Source: Alistipes sp. (GTDB taxonomy: Bacteria > Bacteroidota > Bacteroidia > Bacteroidales > Rikenellaceae). Taken from it: a DNA stretch of 64,000 bases. Of this stretch, positions 8,163 through 18,595 are shown piece after piece. A program made the position numbers and the translations under genes. The notes below the pieces were generated by a model that was not told where the DNA came from, searched no databases, and worked only from the letters and a program-made list of their open reading frames with translations. The stretch lies in contig JAJQCA010000072.1 of assembly GCA_021202985.1 (NCBI GenBank), positions 8,681 to 72,680 of the forward strand, read 5' to 3'. The number at the start of each line of letters is the position of its first letter. The stretch's first letter is position 1.

Positions 8163-9523
8163 AGAGGATGTTGTTGAAAACCGCAGCGGTAGCCGGTATT
8201 ACCGTTGCATGCATGGGAGGGGCTGCGGCGCAGGACCCCTATGTCTACGGCAGTCCGCGCACGCTCGAACTCACGCTCGAACAGGCCATCGAGATTGCGC
8301 TGGACGAAAACCCGACCATACAGGTCGCCGAACTGGAAATCGAGAAACAGACATACGTAAGAAAAGAAACAGTGGGTAACCACCTGCCGTCGGTAACTGT
8401 CGACGGGCAGTACAACCGTGCCATCAAGAAGAGCAATATGGGGGGCGGTGTGTCGTTCGACCCGAGAAACACTGTGGTGGTCAATACCAACCTTGTAGTG
8501 CCCCTGTTCGCACCGGCTGTCTACAAGACCCTGAAGCTGAACGACGAACAGATGCGTGCGGCCGTAGAGGACGCGCGCGGCTCGCGGATAACGCTGGTGA
8601 ACGAAGTGAAGAAATCGTATTACAACATACTGCTTGCCGAGGAGTCGCTCGAGGTGCTGCGCACCAGCGAGGCCAACCTCCGGCAGACGGTGGACGAGAC
8701 AAAGCTCAAGTTCGACAACGGCCTTGCCTCCGAGTACGACTACATCACCGCGGACGTGCAGCTGAGCAACCTCCAGCCCACCATTATCCAGACCGAGAGT
8801 TCTATCGAGGTGGCCAAGAAACTGTTAAAGATGTACATGGGAGTGCCGCTGGATTACGATATCGTAATCGCCGGCAACCTCAACACCATCGGCAACGCCA
8901 TCGAGACGGCCGGGTTCGACTACTACGGCGAGAACATCTCCGGCAACAGCGACCTGCGTGCACTGGACATCCAGGTTGACCTGCTCAGGCGCCAGCTTGA
9001 GGTTTCCAAAACCTCGCGGATGCCGACCATCGCGGCATTCGGCAGCTACAACCTCACGGGTCGCGACCCGCTCAACCTGGGCAGCCTTACCGGGGACACT
9101 TCAGGAGGAGGTTCGCAGAGTTTCTTCTGGAACCATCCCGTTTCGGCAGGGCTTACGGTGAGCATCCCGCTCTTCTCCGGGTTCACCAACCGCTACCGCG
9201 ACAAGCAGATCAAGTACAGCATATCGCAGGCGAGCCTCCAGCGGGACTATCTGGAAGAGAGTACCAAAGTGCAGGTTTACAACGCAATCAACGATATCCT
9301 GACCGCCGAGGCCGCGATGATTGCCAACGAGGCCACAATCACACAGGCCCAGAAGGGGTACGACATAAGCCGCACGCGCTACGACAACGGCGTGGGAACC
9401 ATGCTGGAGGTGAACTCAGCCGAACTGGCCCTCACCCAGGCCAAACTCAACTATAACCAAGCCGTCTACGACTTCCTGTCGGCACAGGCGGATTACGAAA
9501 AGGTTATCGGTATAGATTATTAA
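8159..9523 (+). CDS. TolC-family outer membrane efflux protein
   Basis: 454 aa with a signal peptide and two repeated OEP-type coiled-coil/beta segments. Overlaps the TetR stop by 4 nt and precedes the MFP and RND genes. Confidence 0.85.
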   Translation: MKRMLLKTAAVAGITVACMGGAAAQDPYVYGSPRTLELTLEQAIEIALDENPTIQVAELEIEKQTYVRKETVGNHLPSVTVDGQYNRAIKKSNMGGGVSFDPRNTVVVNTNLVVPLFAPAVYKTLKLNDEQMRAAVEDARGSRITLVNEVKKSYYNILLAEESLEVLRTSEANLRQTVDETKLKFDNGLASEYDYITADVQLSNLQPTIIQTESSIEVAKKLLKMYMGVPLDYDIVIAGNLNTIGNAIETAGFDYYGENISGNSDLRALDIQVDLLRRQLEVSKTSRMPTIAAFGSYNLTGRDPLNLGSLTGDTSGGGSQSFFWNHPVSAGLTVSIPLFSGFTNRYRDKQIKYSISQASLQRDYLEESTKVQVYNAINDILTAEAAMIANEATITQAQKGYDISRTRYDNGVGTMLEVNSAELALTQAKLNYNQAVYDFLSAQADYEKVIGIDY

Positions 9524-9553
9524 CGAAGGGAAAAATAGATTAAGGAAAAAACG

Positions 9554-10582
9554 ATGAAAAAGATCTTATTAACTGCTCCGGTATTTCTTTTGGCCGCCCT
9601 TGTCGTAACGGGTTGCGGCGGCAGGAACAAATCGGCCGAAACCGTGGTCGAGGAAGATACGAGGGTCCTGGTTAAAACCATGAAGACCTATTACGAAGAG
9701 ATTGACAATACGCAGGAATTTACCAGCACCATACACGGTTACAAGGAGAATAACATCGCGCCGTCGCTCGGTTCGGTAAGGATAGACAATATCTACGTGG
9801 ATGTGGGCCACAACGTACGCCAGGGCCAGCTTCTGGCAAAGCTCGACCCCACCACCTACAACCAGAGCAACACGCAGCTTACCAACCTCGAGGCGGACTA
9901 CCAGCGCATCAAGGCCGTTTACGAAGCGGGCGGTATCTCCCGGCAGGAGCTGGACGCGATAGAGACTTCGCTTGCCATCCAGCGGGAGGAGACGAACAAC
10001 CTCAAGGTAAACATCGAACTGCGCAGCCCCATCAACGGGGTGGTAACCGAACGTAACTACGACCCGGGCGACCTGTACAGCGGCAGTCCCATCCTGCAGG
10101 TGATGCAGATTAACCAGTTGAAGGTAACGGTGGCCATTTCCGAACAGTTCTTCCCCTATGTAAAACTGGGCATGCCGGCCGATATCAGGGTGGATATGTA
10201 CCCCGACCGCACGTTCGCGGGCAAGGTGTCGCTCATTTACCCCGCCATCGACGCGGCGACCAGGACCTTCAATGTGGAAATCACCATCCCGAACGGCGAC
10301 CTGGTCCTCAGGCCGGGTATGTTCTCGCGCACCACGCTCCACTTCGGGGTTATGGACGCGCTGATGGTGGAAGACATTGCGGTACAGAAGCAGGTGGGCT
10401 CGAACGACAAGTACCTTTTCGTAGCCCGGGACGGGATTGCCGAACGCCGCGAAATTACTACCGGCAGGCAGGTGGGCAACCGCATACAGGTACTCACCGG
10501 ATTACGGGAAGGCGACGAGGTGATCGTAGCCGGTATTTCACGCCTGAACAACGGCACCGAAATAAATATTATCAACGACTAA
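9554..10582 (+). CDS. efflux RND periplasmic adaptor (membrane fusion protein, HlyD-like)
   Basis: Lipoprotein signal LVVTGC, a coiled-coil hairpin (TQLTNLEADYQRIKAVYEAGGISRQELD) and beta-barrel domains. Position in the operon fits. Confidence 0.9.
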   Translation: MKKILLTAPVFLLAALVVTGCGGRNKSAETVVEEDTRVLVKTMKTYYEEIDNTQEFTSTIHGYKENNIAPSLGSVRIDNIYVDVGHNVRQGQLLAKLDPTTYNQSNTQLTNLEADYQRIKAVYEAGGISRQELDAIETSLAIQREETNNLKVNIELRSPINGVVTERNYDPGDLYSGSPILQVMQINQLKVTVAISEQFFPYVKLGMPADIRVDMYPDRTFAGKVSLIYPAIDAATRTFNVEITIPNGDLVLRPGMFSRTTLHFGVMDALMVEDIAVQKQVGSNDKYLFVARDGIAERREITTGRQVGNRIQVLTGLREGDEVIVAGISRLNNGTEINIIND

Positions 10583-10597
10583 CGAGAGTCCCAAACG

Positions 10598-13500
10598 ATG
10601 AAAATATATGAAGCATCGGTCCGAAAACCGATCTCTGCCATACTAATATTCGTCGGGGTGATGATCTTCGGGTTGTTCTCTCTGAACAACCTTGCGGTGG
10701 ACATGTACCCCGACCTCGACTTCCCGGCCATTTCGGTCATAACTTACTACGACGGGGCCAACGCATCGGAAGTGGAGACCAACGTTACCCGTATCCTCGA
10801 GGACAACCTGAATACGGTGAACAACCTGAAAAAACTGACCTCCACCTCGAGGGATAATATTTCGCTGATAACGGCCGAAATGGAATGGGGTTCCGACCTG
10901 AACGAGGCGGCCAACGACATACGGGACGTGGTGGGACGCGTTCAGTCCTACCTGCCCGACGATGCGGATACGCCTGTGATTTTCAAGTTCAGCAGCTCGA
11001 TGACACCCGTGATGGTACTTGCCGCCACCGCCGACGAGAGCTATTCGGGCCTTTACAAAATACTGGACGACCGGCTTGTGAACGTCCTCAACCGCGTGGA
11101 CGGCGTTGGCGCCGTTTCGCTGTCGGGCGAGCCTACGCGTGAGGTGCAGGTAAATGTGGACCCGCAGAAGCTGGACGCCTACGGCATCTCGGTGGAGCAG
11201 ATAGGCAGTATTATCGCAGCCGAGAACAGCAACGTCCCGAGCGGAACGCTCGACATAGGTAACAACACCTACAACATAAAGACGGACGTGGAGTTCAAGG
11301 AGAGCGACGAGATAGGCAAAATAGTCCTGGGCAGCTACGAGGGCCGGACCATCCTGCTCGAAGACGTGGCCCAGGTGAAAGACACTCTCGAAAAGGCCAC
11401 CATGGAGGTGCTTATCAACGGGAGGCGCGGGGTTATCGTAATCGTGCAGAAGCAGTCGGGGGCAAACACGGTATCCATCGTGAATAAGGTCATGGACATG
11501 CTCCCGGCAATCGAAGACAACCTGCCCCCTGATATCGAGATCGACCTTATCATGGACGGTTCGGAGTCCATCGTGGACAGTATAAATTCGCTGTCGGAAA
11601 CGGTGATGTACGCCTTTATCTTCGTGATAATTGTGGTGCTGTTCTTCCTCGGGCGATGGAGGGCCACGTTTATTATCTGCCTTACCATACCTGTCTCGCT
11701 GGTCGTTTCGTTCATCTACCTCTATGCCACGGGCAGTACGCTGAATATCATATCTCTCAGCTCACTTTCCATAGCCATCGGTATGGTGGTGGACGACGCT
11801 ATCGTGGTGCTGGAAAATATTACTTCGCATATCGAGCGCGGTTCGAGCCCGAAGGAGGCGGCCATTTATGCCACCAACGAGGTATGGCTGGCGGTTATCG
11901 CAACGACGCTAACCGTGGTGGCGGTATTCCTTCCGCTGACCATGCTCTCGGGGATGGCCGGTATCCTGTTCCGCGAACTGGGATGGATTGTGACCCTCGT
12001 GGTGTGTGTTTCTACCGCAGCGGCCATTACCCTTACCCCGATGCTCTCGGCTTACCTGCTGAAATCGGACGGCGGCATCCACACCTACAAAGGACTGGGT
12101 ATAATTTTCAAGCCCATAGACAAGTTCCTCGACAATCTCGATATCGTCTACGCCAAGATGCTTACCTGGGCGGTAAGGCACAGGACGGTGGTAATACTGC
12201 TGTCGTTCGGTATATTCGGTTCCAGCCTGTTTCTGCTCCGGTTCGTACCCACCGAGTTCTTCCCGCCATCGGATAACGCCATAATAACGGCCGAGGTACA
12301 GCTCCAGCAAAATATCGGTGTGGAGTACACCACCCGCGTAGGGGAGCAGATCCGCGAGATAATCAACGAAAAGTACCCGGAAATCAGGCTTATGTCGGCC
12401 CAGTCGGGTACAACCTCCAACAGTAACAACACCTTCGCCGCGATGCAGAACACCGGTTCATATATCGTGAGTTTCCGTATGAGGCTACCGCGGAGGAGCC
12501 AGCGTGAGAGGACCATTTTCGAAATAAGCGAGCTGCTGCGGCAGGACCTCGAACAGATTCCGGAAATCCGCGAATACAAGGTAGAACCGGGCGGTTCCAC
12601 GGGCGGCAGCGCCTCGTCGGCAAGTTATATCGAACTGAAAGTGTTCGGCCACGACTTCGATGTGACGAACGATATAGCCAACGACCTGAAGGCCAAGCTG
12701 TGGGAGATAGAAGGAACGCGTGACGTCTATCTTTCGAGGGACGATATGCAGCCCGAATTTAACGTGGTGGTGAACCGCGACAGGCTGGCCTTCTACGGCC
12801 TGAACAGCGCCACCGTCGGGCAGGCCGTACGTAACCGCGTGAACGGTCTTACCGCCTCCCTATTCCGAGAGGACGGGGAAGAGTACGACATCCGCGTGAG
12901 GTATGCCGAAGAACACCGCACCTCGCTTGAGGATATCGAGAACATCACCATAATCAACAACCTCGGGCAGGGCATCAAACTACGTGACGTGGCCACGATT
13001 CAGGAACAGTTCGCTCCGCCTGCAATAGAACGCGAAAACCGCCAGAGGAAGGTTTCCGTAATGGCGTCGCTGGCCGACGGTGTACCGCTCGGTACGGTGG
13101 TGGAGGCTGTGAACGAACTGGTTGACGATTACCAGCTGCCTGACAATATATTCATTGAAGTCGGCGGTACGGTGGAAGACCAGGCCGAATCGTTCGGCGA
13201 CCTTATGACCCTGCTCATCCTTATCGTGCTGCTGGTGTATATCGTGATGGCCACGCAGTTCGAATCGCTGCTGATGCCGTTTATAATTATGTTCTCGCTG
13301 CCGTTCGCCTTCACCGGGGTATTCCTCGCGCTGTGGCTGACCGGTACGCCACTGTCGCTTATAGCCCTCATCGGGGCCATAATGCTCGTGGGTATCGTGG
13401 TGAAGAACGGTATCGTGCTGGTGGACTATATCAACCTGCTCCGGGAGAGGGGCGGCGCTATCAACCAGTCGGTGATTGCCGCGGGCAAAAGCCGTCTGCG

Positions 13501-13765
13501 CCCGGTGCTTATGACCTCCATCACCACCATCCTCGGTATGGTGCCGATGGCGCTGGGCACGGGCGAAGGTTCCGAAATATGGCAGCCGATGGGTATCGCC
13601 GTTATCGGGGGCCTCACTTTCTCCACCATGCTGACACTGCTGGTTGTGCCGGTAGTTTACTCCATTTTCGGCGCCCGCGGGCTTAAGAAAGAAAAGCGCT
13701 CGGTGGAACGCAACATTACCGACATGGAGAAACGAAACGATGCTTACGAAGCCGTTAAATGCTAA
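10598..13765 (+). CDS. RND efflux permease (AcrB/HAE1 family)
   Basis: 1055 aa with 12-TM architecture and two large periplasmic loops. VVDDAIVVLENI and the repeated GIVVKNGIVLVDY motif. Confidence 0.95.
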   Translation: MKIYEASVRKPISAILIFVGVMIFGLFSLNNLAVDMYPDLDFPAISVITYYDGANASEVETNVTRILEDNLNTVNNLKKLTSTSRDNISLITAEMEWGSDLNEAANDIRDVVGRVQSYLPDDADTPVIFKFSSSMTPVMVLAATADESYSGLYKILDDRLVNVLNRVDGVGAVSLSGEPTREVQVNVDPQKLDAYGISVEQIGSIIAAENSNVPSGTLDIGNNTYNIKTDVEFKESDEIGKIVLGSYEGRTILLEDVAQVKDTLEKATMEVLINGRRGVIVIVQKQSGANTVSIVNKVMDMLPAIEDNLPPDIEIDLIMDGSESIVDSINSLSETVMYAFIFVIIVVLFFLGRWRATFIICLTIPVSLVVSFIYLYATGSTLNIISLSSLSIAIGMVVDDAIVVLENITSHIERGSSPKEAAIYATNEVWLAVIATTLTVVAVFLPLTMLSGMAGILFRELGWIVTLVVCVSTAAAITLTPMLSAYLLKSDGGIHTYKGLGIIFKPIDKFLDNLDIVYAKMLTWAVRHRTVVILLSFGIFGSSLFLLRFVPTEFFPPSDNAIITAEVQLQQNIGVEYTTRVGEQIREIINEKYPEIRLMSAQSGTTSNSNNTFAAMQNTGSYIVSFRMRLPRRSQRERTIFEISELLRQDLEQIPEIREYKVEPGGSTGGSASSASYIELKVFGHDFDVTNDIANDLKAKLWEIEGTRDVYLSRDDMQPEFNVVVNRDRLAFYGLNSATVGQAVRNRVNGLTASLFREDGEEYDIRVRYAEEHRTSLEDIENITIINNLGQGIKLRDVATIQEQFAPPAIERENRQRKVSVMASLADGVPLGTVVEAVNELVDDYQLPDNIFIEVGGTVEDQAESFGDLMTLLILIVLLVYIVMATQFESLLMPFIIMFSLPFAFTGVFLALWLTGTPLSLIALIGAIMLVGIVVKNGIVLVDYINLLRERGGAINQSVIAAGKSRLRPVLMTSITTILGMVPMALGTGEGSEIWQPMGIAVIGGLTFSTMLTLLVVPVVYSIFGARGLKKEKRSVERNITDMEKRNDAYEAVKC

Positions 13766-13823
13766 TAGATAATTCCTGCCGGGCGGGGGCCAAGTTTCCG
13801 CCCGGCAGCAAAAAAAACGAGAA

Positions 13824-14117
13824 ATGAAAGCGATATTCATATCATACAACCAGGCGCTGAACGAGCGCGTGATGAGCGTGTTGGACAAGCACTTCCTCCG
13901 CGGCTTCTCGAAATGGGAGCTGACCCACGGCCGCGGCTCGGTGGACGGCGAACCGCACTACGGCAGCCACGCATGGCCGGCCATGAACTCCTCGATACTC
14001 ACCATTACCGAGGACGACAAGGTGGAGCCGGTACTCCGGTCGCTCCGCGAAATCGACGAATCCACACGCCAACACGGCCTTCGGGCGTTCGTATGGAACA
14101 TCGAGGACCAGTTGTAG
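13824..14117 (+). CDS. small transporter-associated protein (PG0541-like family as I recall it)
   Basis: 97 aa (MKAIFISYNQAL...GRGSVDGEPHYGSHAWPAMNS...LRAFVWNIE), immediately downstream of the RND permease. The family name is from memory. Confidence 0.65.
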   Translation: MKAIFISYNQALNERVMSVLDKHFLRGFSKWELTHGRGSVDGEPHYGSHAWPAMNSSILTITEDDKVEPVLRSLREIDESTRQHGLRAFVWNIEDQL

Positions 14118-14138
14118 AAGTAAGTTATACCGTGGTAC

Positions 14139-14170
14139 AAAGAAAGCCTGCGCATCCGCAGGCTTTCTTT
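14139..14170 (+). terminator. rho-independent terminator after the efflux operon
   Basis: aaagaaagcctgcg / catc / cgcaggctttcttt: a perfect 14-bp stem whose 3' arm ends in a T-rich run. Confidence 0.65.
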
Positions 14171-14397
14171 ATTCGGATCGAGTTGCAGGGTCGCTAAGTT
14201 CCGGGAAAATATGTGTGGTGACAGGGTATAGCCGCCTTTTTATAACCGGCTGAGGTTTACTCACTTCGCCCAGGATGAAAATGATTGTAACAGGATGTCG
14301 TCTTGATCGAACGAACCGATGATAGAGCGCGCACCAGAAAGATTGCTTTTACGGCCGGGCGAGAGGTATAACCCACGCAGGATGTCGAGGGAGCAAA

Positions 14398-15744
14398 CTA
14401 TATTATTTCCTTAACTATTTGAAGTATATTCTCCGTCGAGTCAGTGATGCGGTAGCGATCGTCAATTCGGCGGCCGGCCAGCCAGACGATATCCCCGCCC
14501 GACAGGACCACGAACTGGCGGTTCTTTTCGGCCATCGGGACCTTCTTGTCTATCAGGTAGTCGCTTACCTTTTTACGTCCCGTCATGCCCAGCGGGACGA
14601 AGCCGTCGCCTTCCTCCCACCGGCGGGCATGGAGCGGGAAGCGGAGTTTGTCGGCATCCAGTAGGGCGACGTGCTCGGGGACGTTCAGCGTGTCGACGTT
14701 GTCGATATCAAGGAACCGGAAGTAGAAAACAGAATTTCCGCAGTAGGCCTTCTTCATGTCCCGGCCGATATCCACCCCGCAAGCGTCTCCGTCGGTGACG
14801 GGCGAGACCATTATCCGGCCCCGGTCGACGTAAGCCACGTAGTCCTTCGCGTAGAACCTCTTACCGGTCTGCCCCTGCTCGAGGGCGTGGCAAAGGCCGT
14901 CCACCACCGTGCCGCGGAACCCGTAACGGGTCAGCAGCTCGTATATCACGAAATGGTGCGGGTACGACGGGTCGATTTTGGAGGGGTCGATTACCACAAT
15001 CCCGTCGCGGTGCTCTTCCACCCCGGCGCGGATATTTTCTATGGCGGCGTCTATGAACGACTGGGCGTCGGTCAGCCTTTGTACGTTCGCACCCATGACC
15101 TCGGTGAAAGCCGGGTTAATCTCCTTTATCCTCGGGATAAGGCCCAGCCGTATCTTATTTCGCAGGTACTTGGTGGAGCGGTTCGAGGAATCCTCCCTGT
15201 ACGGGATGCCGTTCAGCGCGGCATAATCGGCAATCTCCCGGCGGGAAGCGAACAGAAGCGGGCGCACCACCCGGCCGTTGACCCGGCTGATGCCGGTAAG
15301 TCCTTTTAGTCCCGTACCGCGGAAGAGGTTGATGAAAAAAGTTTCAATCGAGTCGTCGGCATGGTGGGCGATAGCGATCACGGTATAGCCGTGCTCGTCG
15401 CACAGCCTGCGGAACCAGTCGTAACGCAACCTGCGGGCGGCAACCTGCACCGATTCGCCCGTGCGCTCCATCTCCGCAGCCGTGTCGAAGCGGACGTTGT
15501 AGTGCGGAAGTCCAAGCTTTTCAGCCTCACCCTGTACCAGCACTTCATCCTCGTATGCTTCCTCGCCGCGAAGCTGGAAATTGCAGTGGGCAACGCCGCA
15601 GTCGTAACCCGACTCGACCAGTAGCTTCATCAGTACCATGGAGTCCACCCCTCCGCTGACTGCCGCCAGCACCTTGTCGTCCGGCTCCAACAGGTCGTTA
15701 TCCTTTATATACTTTTCGAAACGGTAATGCAGGTTGGCACCCAT
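14398..15744 (-). CDS. tilS: tRNA(Ile)-lysidine synthetase
   Basis: PP-loop AAVSGGVDSMVL and the TilS-type substrate-binding and C-terminal domains. 448 aa. Confidence 0.9.
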   Translation of the reverse strand: MGANLHYRFEKYIKDNDLLEPDDKVLAAVSGGVDSMVLMKLLVESGYDCGVAHCNFQLRGEEAYEDEVLVQGEAEKLGLPHYNVRFDTAAEMERTGESVQVAARRLRYDWFRRLCDEHGYTVIAIAHHADDSIETFFINLFRGTGLKGLTGISRVNGRVVRPLLFASRREIADYAALNGIPYREDSSNRSTKYLRNKIRLGLIPRIKEINPAFTEVMGANVQRLTDAQSFIDAAIENIRAGVEEHRDGIVVIDPSKIDPSYPHHFVIYELLTRYGFRGTVVDGLCHALEQGQTGKRFYAKDYVAYVDRGRIMVSPVTDGDACGVDIGRDMKKAYCGNSVFYFRFLDIDNVDTLNVPEHVALLDADKLRFPLHARRWEEGDGFVPLGMTGRKKVSDYLIDKKVPMAEKNRQFVVLSGGDIVWLAGRRIDDRYRITDSTENILQIVKEII

Positions 15745-15766
15745 GGCAGTAGGTATTTGTCTTTCG

Positions 15767-16780
15767 TTATAAAATATTCACTTCCGATTCCAGCGCAACA
15801 CCGAAACGCTCCTCCACGTCGCGGGAGACGGCGGCGGCAAGGTCCAGTATATCCCGGCCGGAAGCGCCTCCGAGATTCACCAGCACCAGGGCCTGCCTGT
15901 CGTGGACGGCGGTGGGACCGAGCCTTCGGCCCTTCCAGCCGCACCGGTCAATAAGCCATCCGGCGGCCAGCTTCGAGTAGCCCGCCTGTCCCGACGGGTA
16001 CAGGGGCATATCGGGATACTCCTTTTTAAGTTCCGAAGCCACGGCGTCCTCCACTACGGGGTTTTTGAAGAAACTCCCGGCGTTTCCCAGCTCGGCCGGC
16101 TCCGGCAGTTTGGCTTTGCGTATCGCGGTCACCGCGTCGCGTATCGCCCCGAGCGAAGGTCCTCCCAAGGATACCACCCGGTCGCGCAGATCACCGTACC
16201 CCAGCTTCGGGGACGGAGTGGCGGAGAGGACGAAATCGACGGCCGTAATTACGACCTTACCGCGCAGCACGGTTTTGAATACGCTCGTCCGGTAGCTGAA
16301 GGCGCAATGCTCCCGCGCCATGACGAGCCGTGTTCCGGTGTCGGTGCTGAAAGTTTCCACCGACTCGATTATGTCTGCCGCCTCAGCACCGTAAGCGCCG
16401 ATGTTCTGCACCGGCGAAGCGCCCACGTAGCCGGGAATATAAGCCAGGTTCTCCGCGCCCCACAGGCCGTGGGCCACGCAGTAGTCCACAAAATCGTTCC
16501 ATACCACGCCCGCCTCAACGTGGAGCCGGACCCGGTCGCCCTCGCGCGAAGTTTCGGTTATCCGGTCGCCCCGCGGGTGCAGGAGCGTGCCGCGGTAGTC
16601 GCCCGTGAACAGGATATTGCTGCCTCCCGAGATAACCCCCCACCGCGAGCCGAACAGCCCGCCGGCATGAAGCTCCCGCAGGTCGTCGATGGACGAGAAC
16701 CCGCACAGGCAGTCGCACCGGACGTCGATGCCGAATGTATTGTAATCTTTAAGGCTTACGCCGAATCGTTTTTCCACCAT
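15767..16780 (-). CDS. murB: UDP-N-acetylenolpyruvoylglucosamine reductase
   Basis: FAD-binding N-terminus (NTFGI..., SGGSNILF) and a MurB C-terminal domain. 337 aa. Confidence 0.9.
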   Translation of the reverse strand: MVEKRFGVSLKDYNTFGIDVRCDCLCGFSSIDDLRELHAGGLFGSRWGVISGGSNILFTGDYRGTLLHPRGDRITETSREGDRVRLHVEAGVVWNDFVDYCVAHGLWGAENLAYIPGYVGASPVQNIGAYGAEAADIIESVETFSTDTGTRLVMAREHCAFSYRTSVFKTVLRGKVVITAVDFVLSATPSPKLGYGDLRDRVVSLGGPSLGAIRDAVTAIRKAKLPEPAELGNAGSFFKNPVVEDAVASELKKEYPDMPLYPSGQAGYSKLAAGWLIDRCGWKGRRLGPTAVHDRQALVLVNLGGASGRDILDLAAAVSRDVEERFGVALESEVNIL

Positions 16781-17052
16781 AACGGTTGCAAAGATATTAA
16801 TTCCGGGCGAGTGTCCCCACCGCCCGTAAGAGGGTCGGTACCGGGGTCATCAATATCCCCAAAGGGGAAAATGCCGCGAATGGCCGTGCAAAATTCATCG
16901 CAGGTTATAACAAAATTAGGTTAATATTATCCATTATTGGAATAACGGTGGTATAAATCGTAGAAAATCGGTCGATTTAATAGGATTTTTTATCCGGAAT
17001 CCCTAACTTTATGGGGTTTTGCATCTACTACTAAAGTAACAAAAACCTAAGT

Positions 17053-18513
17053 ATGGCAGGGGTTATTTTTTCTGAAAAAGATAAGGAGCAAATCGTCTCC
17101 CACGGCCTTACCGTGGAGAAAGTGGAGAAACAAATCGCCAATTTTACCTACGGTTTCGGATACCTTCCGGTGGAGGATGCGGCTGCCGTCGGCAACGGAA
17201 TCATGAGGCCGGCGGAAAGCGAGGCGCTCAGGTACCGCCATGTGTACGAAACCGCCGCGGAAGAGCTGTCGGTGGTTAAATTCGTTCCCGCGTCGGGGGC
17301 CGCCACACGGATGTTCAAAGACCTGTTCACCTTCGCGGCGGACGGCGTGCCGAACAGAGCATCGGAGATGACTGCGGAGAACCTTACCAGTTTCGCATTC
17401 TACCCCGCCCTGCCCGAAGGCATCGACGGACGGGACGACCGGGCCAAAGTGGAGGCGGTACTGGAGTACGGCGCTTCACTGCCCAAGGGGCTTATCTATT
17501 TCCACAGCTATCCCGACGGGCCGCGTACGGCCTTCGGCGAGCACCTTTCGGAAGGTGCGATGTACGCCCGCACGGGGGATACGGTCAGGCTCCATTTCAC
17601 AATTTCCGAAGAGCACAGGGCCGGATTCGAATCGCTGCTGGAGCAGGTTCGGGGCCGTTACGAAGAGTTGTACGGGGTGCGTTACGAAGTGGCGTTCTCG
17701 GTGCAGGACTCGGGGACCGACACCATAGCCGTCACCCCGGAGAACGAACCGTTCCGCAACGGGGACGGCAGCCTGCTGTTCCGCCCCGCGGGCCACGGCG
17801 CGCTTATCGAGAACCTGAACAGTATAGACGCCGACCTAATTTTTATAAAGAACATCGACAACGTGGCTCCCGACCGCCTGAAAGGGGACACGGTGACATA
17901 CAAGAAACTTATCGCCGGCATCCTGCTCGACCTTAAACGGCAGAAGGACGAGGTTATATCGGCCCTCGAAAACGGTACGGACGCGGATGCTGCCGACCGT
18001 GCCGCGAGGCTTCTCGAAGGCCCGCTCTGCTGCCGGCTTCCGGCCGGGTTCGCCGGGCTGGACGACAGCCAACGCAGGAAACTACTCCTCAAACTGCTCG
18101 ACCGCCCGATGAGAGTTTGCGGTATGGTGCCCAACGAGGGGGAACCGGGCGGAGGCCCGTTCTGGGCGGCAAACCCGGACGGCACTTCGTCGCTCCAGAT
18201 AGCCGAGCCGTCGCAGGTGGCCCCGGATATGGCGCACCTGCTGAAAGAGGGCACCCACTTCAACCCGGTGGATATCGTCTGTGCGGTAAAGGACCATAAG
18301 GGCCGAAAGTTCGACCTGCGTGAATACACCGACCCCTCGACCGGATTTATTTCCGAAAAATCGAAGGACGGGCGCAAGCTGCGGGCGCAGGAACTTCCGG
18401 GGTTGTGGAACGGCGCGATGGCCAACTGGATAACGGTATTCGCCGAGGTGCCCGTTTCGACCTTTACCCCGGTGAAGGAGGTTACCGACCTGTTGCGACC
18501 CGAGCACCAATAG
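17053..18513 (+). CDS. DUF4301 family protein (nucleotidyltransferase-like)
   Basis: 486 aa. The N-terminus (FSEKDKEQIVSHGLTVEKVEKQIANFTYGF) matches my memory of DUF4301 proteins of Bacteroidota. Confidence 0.65.
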   Translation: MAGVIFSEKDKEQIVSHGLTVEKVEKQIANFTYGFGYLPVEDAAAVGNGIMRPAESEALRYRHVYETAAEELSVVKFVPASGAATRMFKDLFTFAADGVPNRASEMTAENLTSFAFYPALPEGIDGRDDRAKVEAVLEYGASLPKGLIYFHSYPDGPRTAFGEHLSEGAMYARTGDTVRLHFTISEEHRAGFESLLEQVRGRYEELYGVRYEVAFSVQDSGTDTIAVTPENEPFRNGDGSLLFRPAGHGALIENLNSIDADLIFIKNIDNVAPDRLKGDTVTYKKLIAGILLDLKRQKDEVISALENGTDADAADRAARLLEGPLCCRLPAGFAGLDDSQRRKLLLKLLDRPMRVCGMVPNEGEPGGGPFWAANPDGTSSLQIAEPSQVAPDMAHLLKEGTHFNPVDIVCAVKDHKGRKFDLREYTDPSTGFISEKSKDGRKLRAQELPGLWNGAMANWITVFAEVPVSTFTPVKEVTDLLRPEHQ

Positions 18514-18595
18514 GGTATTAATTATGACGGCTTTTATTCCCTGCCTACACTTCTACCATCTGAGAGAGATAACATAAAATATAAAAAGCAACGAT

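Noticed and set aside
18555-18575. CTGAGAG word upstream of atpE, suggesting a TPP riboswitch.
   Set aside because: None of the remaining conserved TPP-riboswitch elements (the pyrimidine-sensor helix, the ...CCTGATCTGGATAATGCC... segment) is present, and the spacer is only 82 nt.
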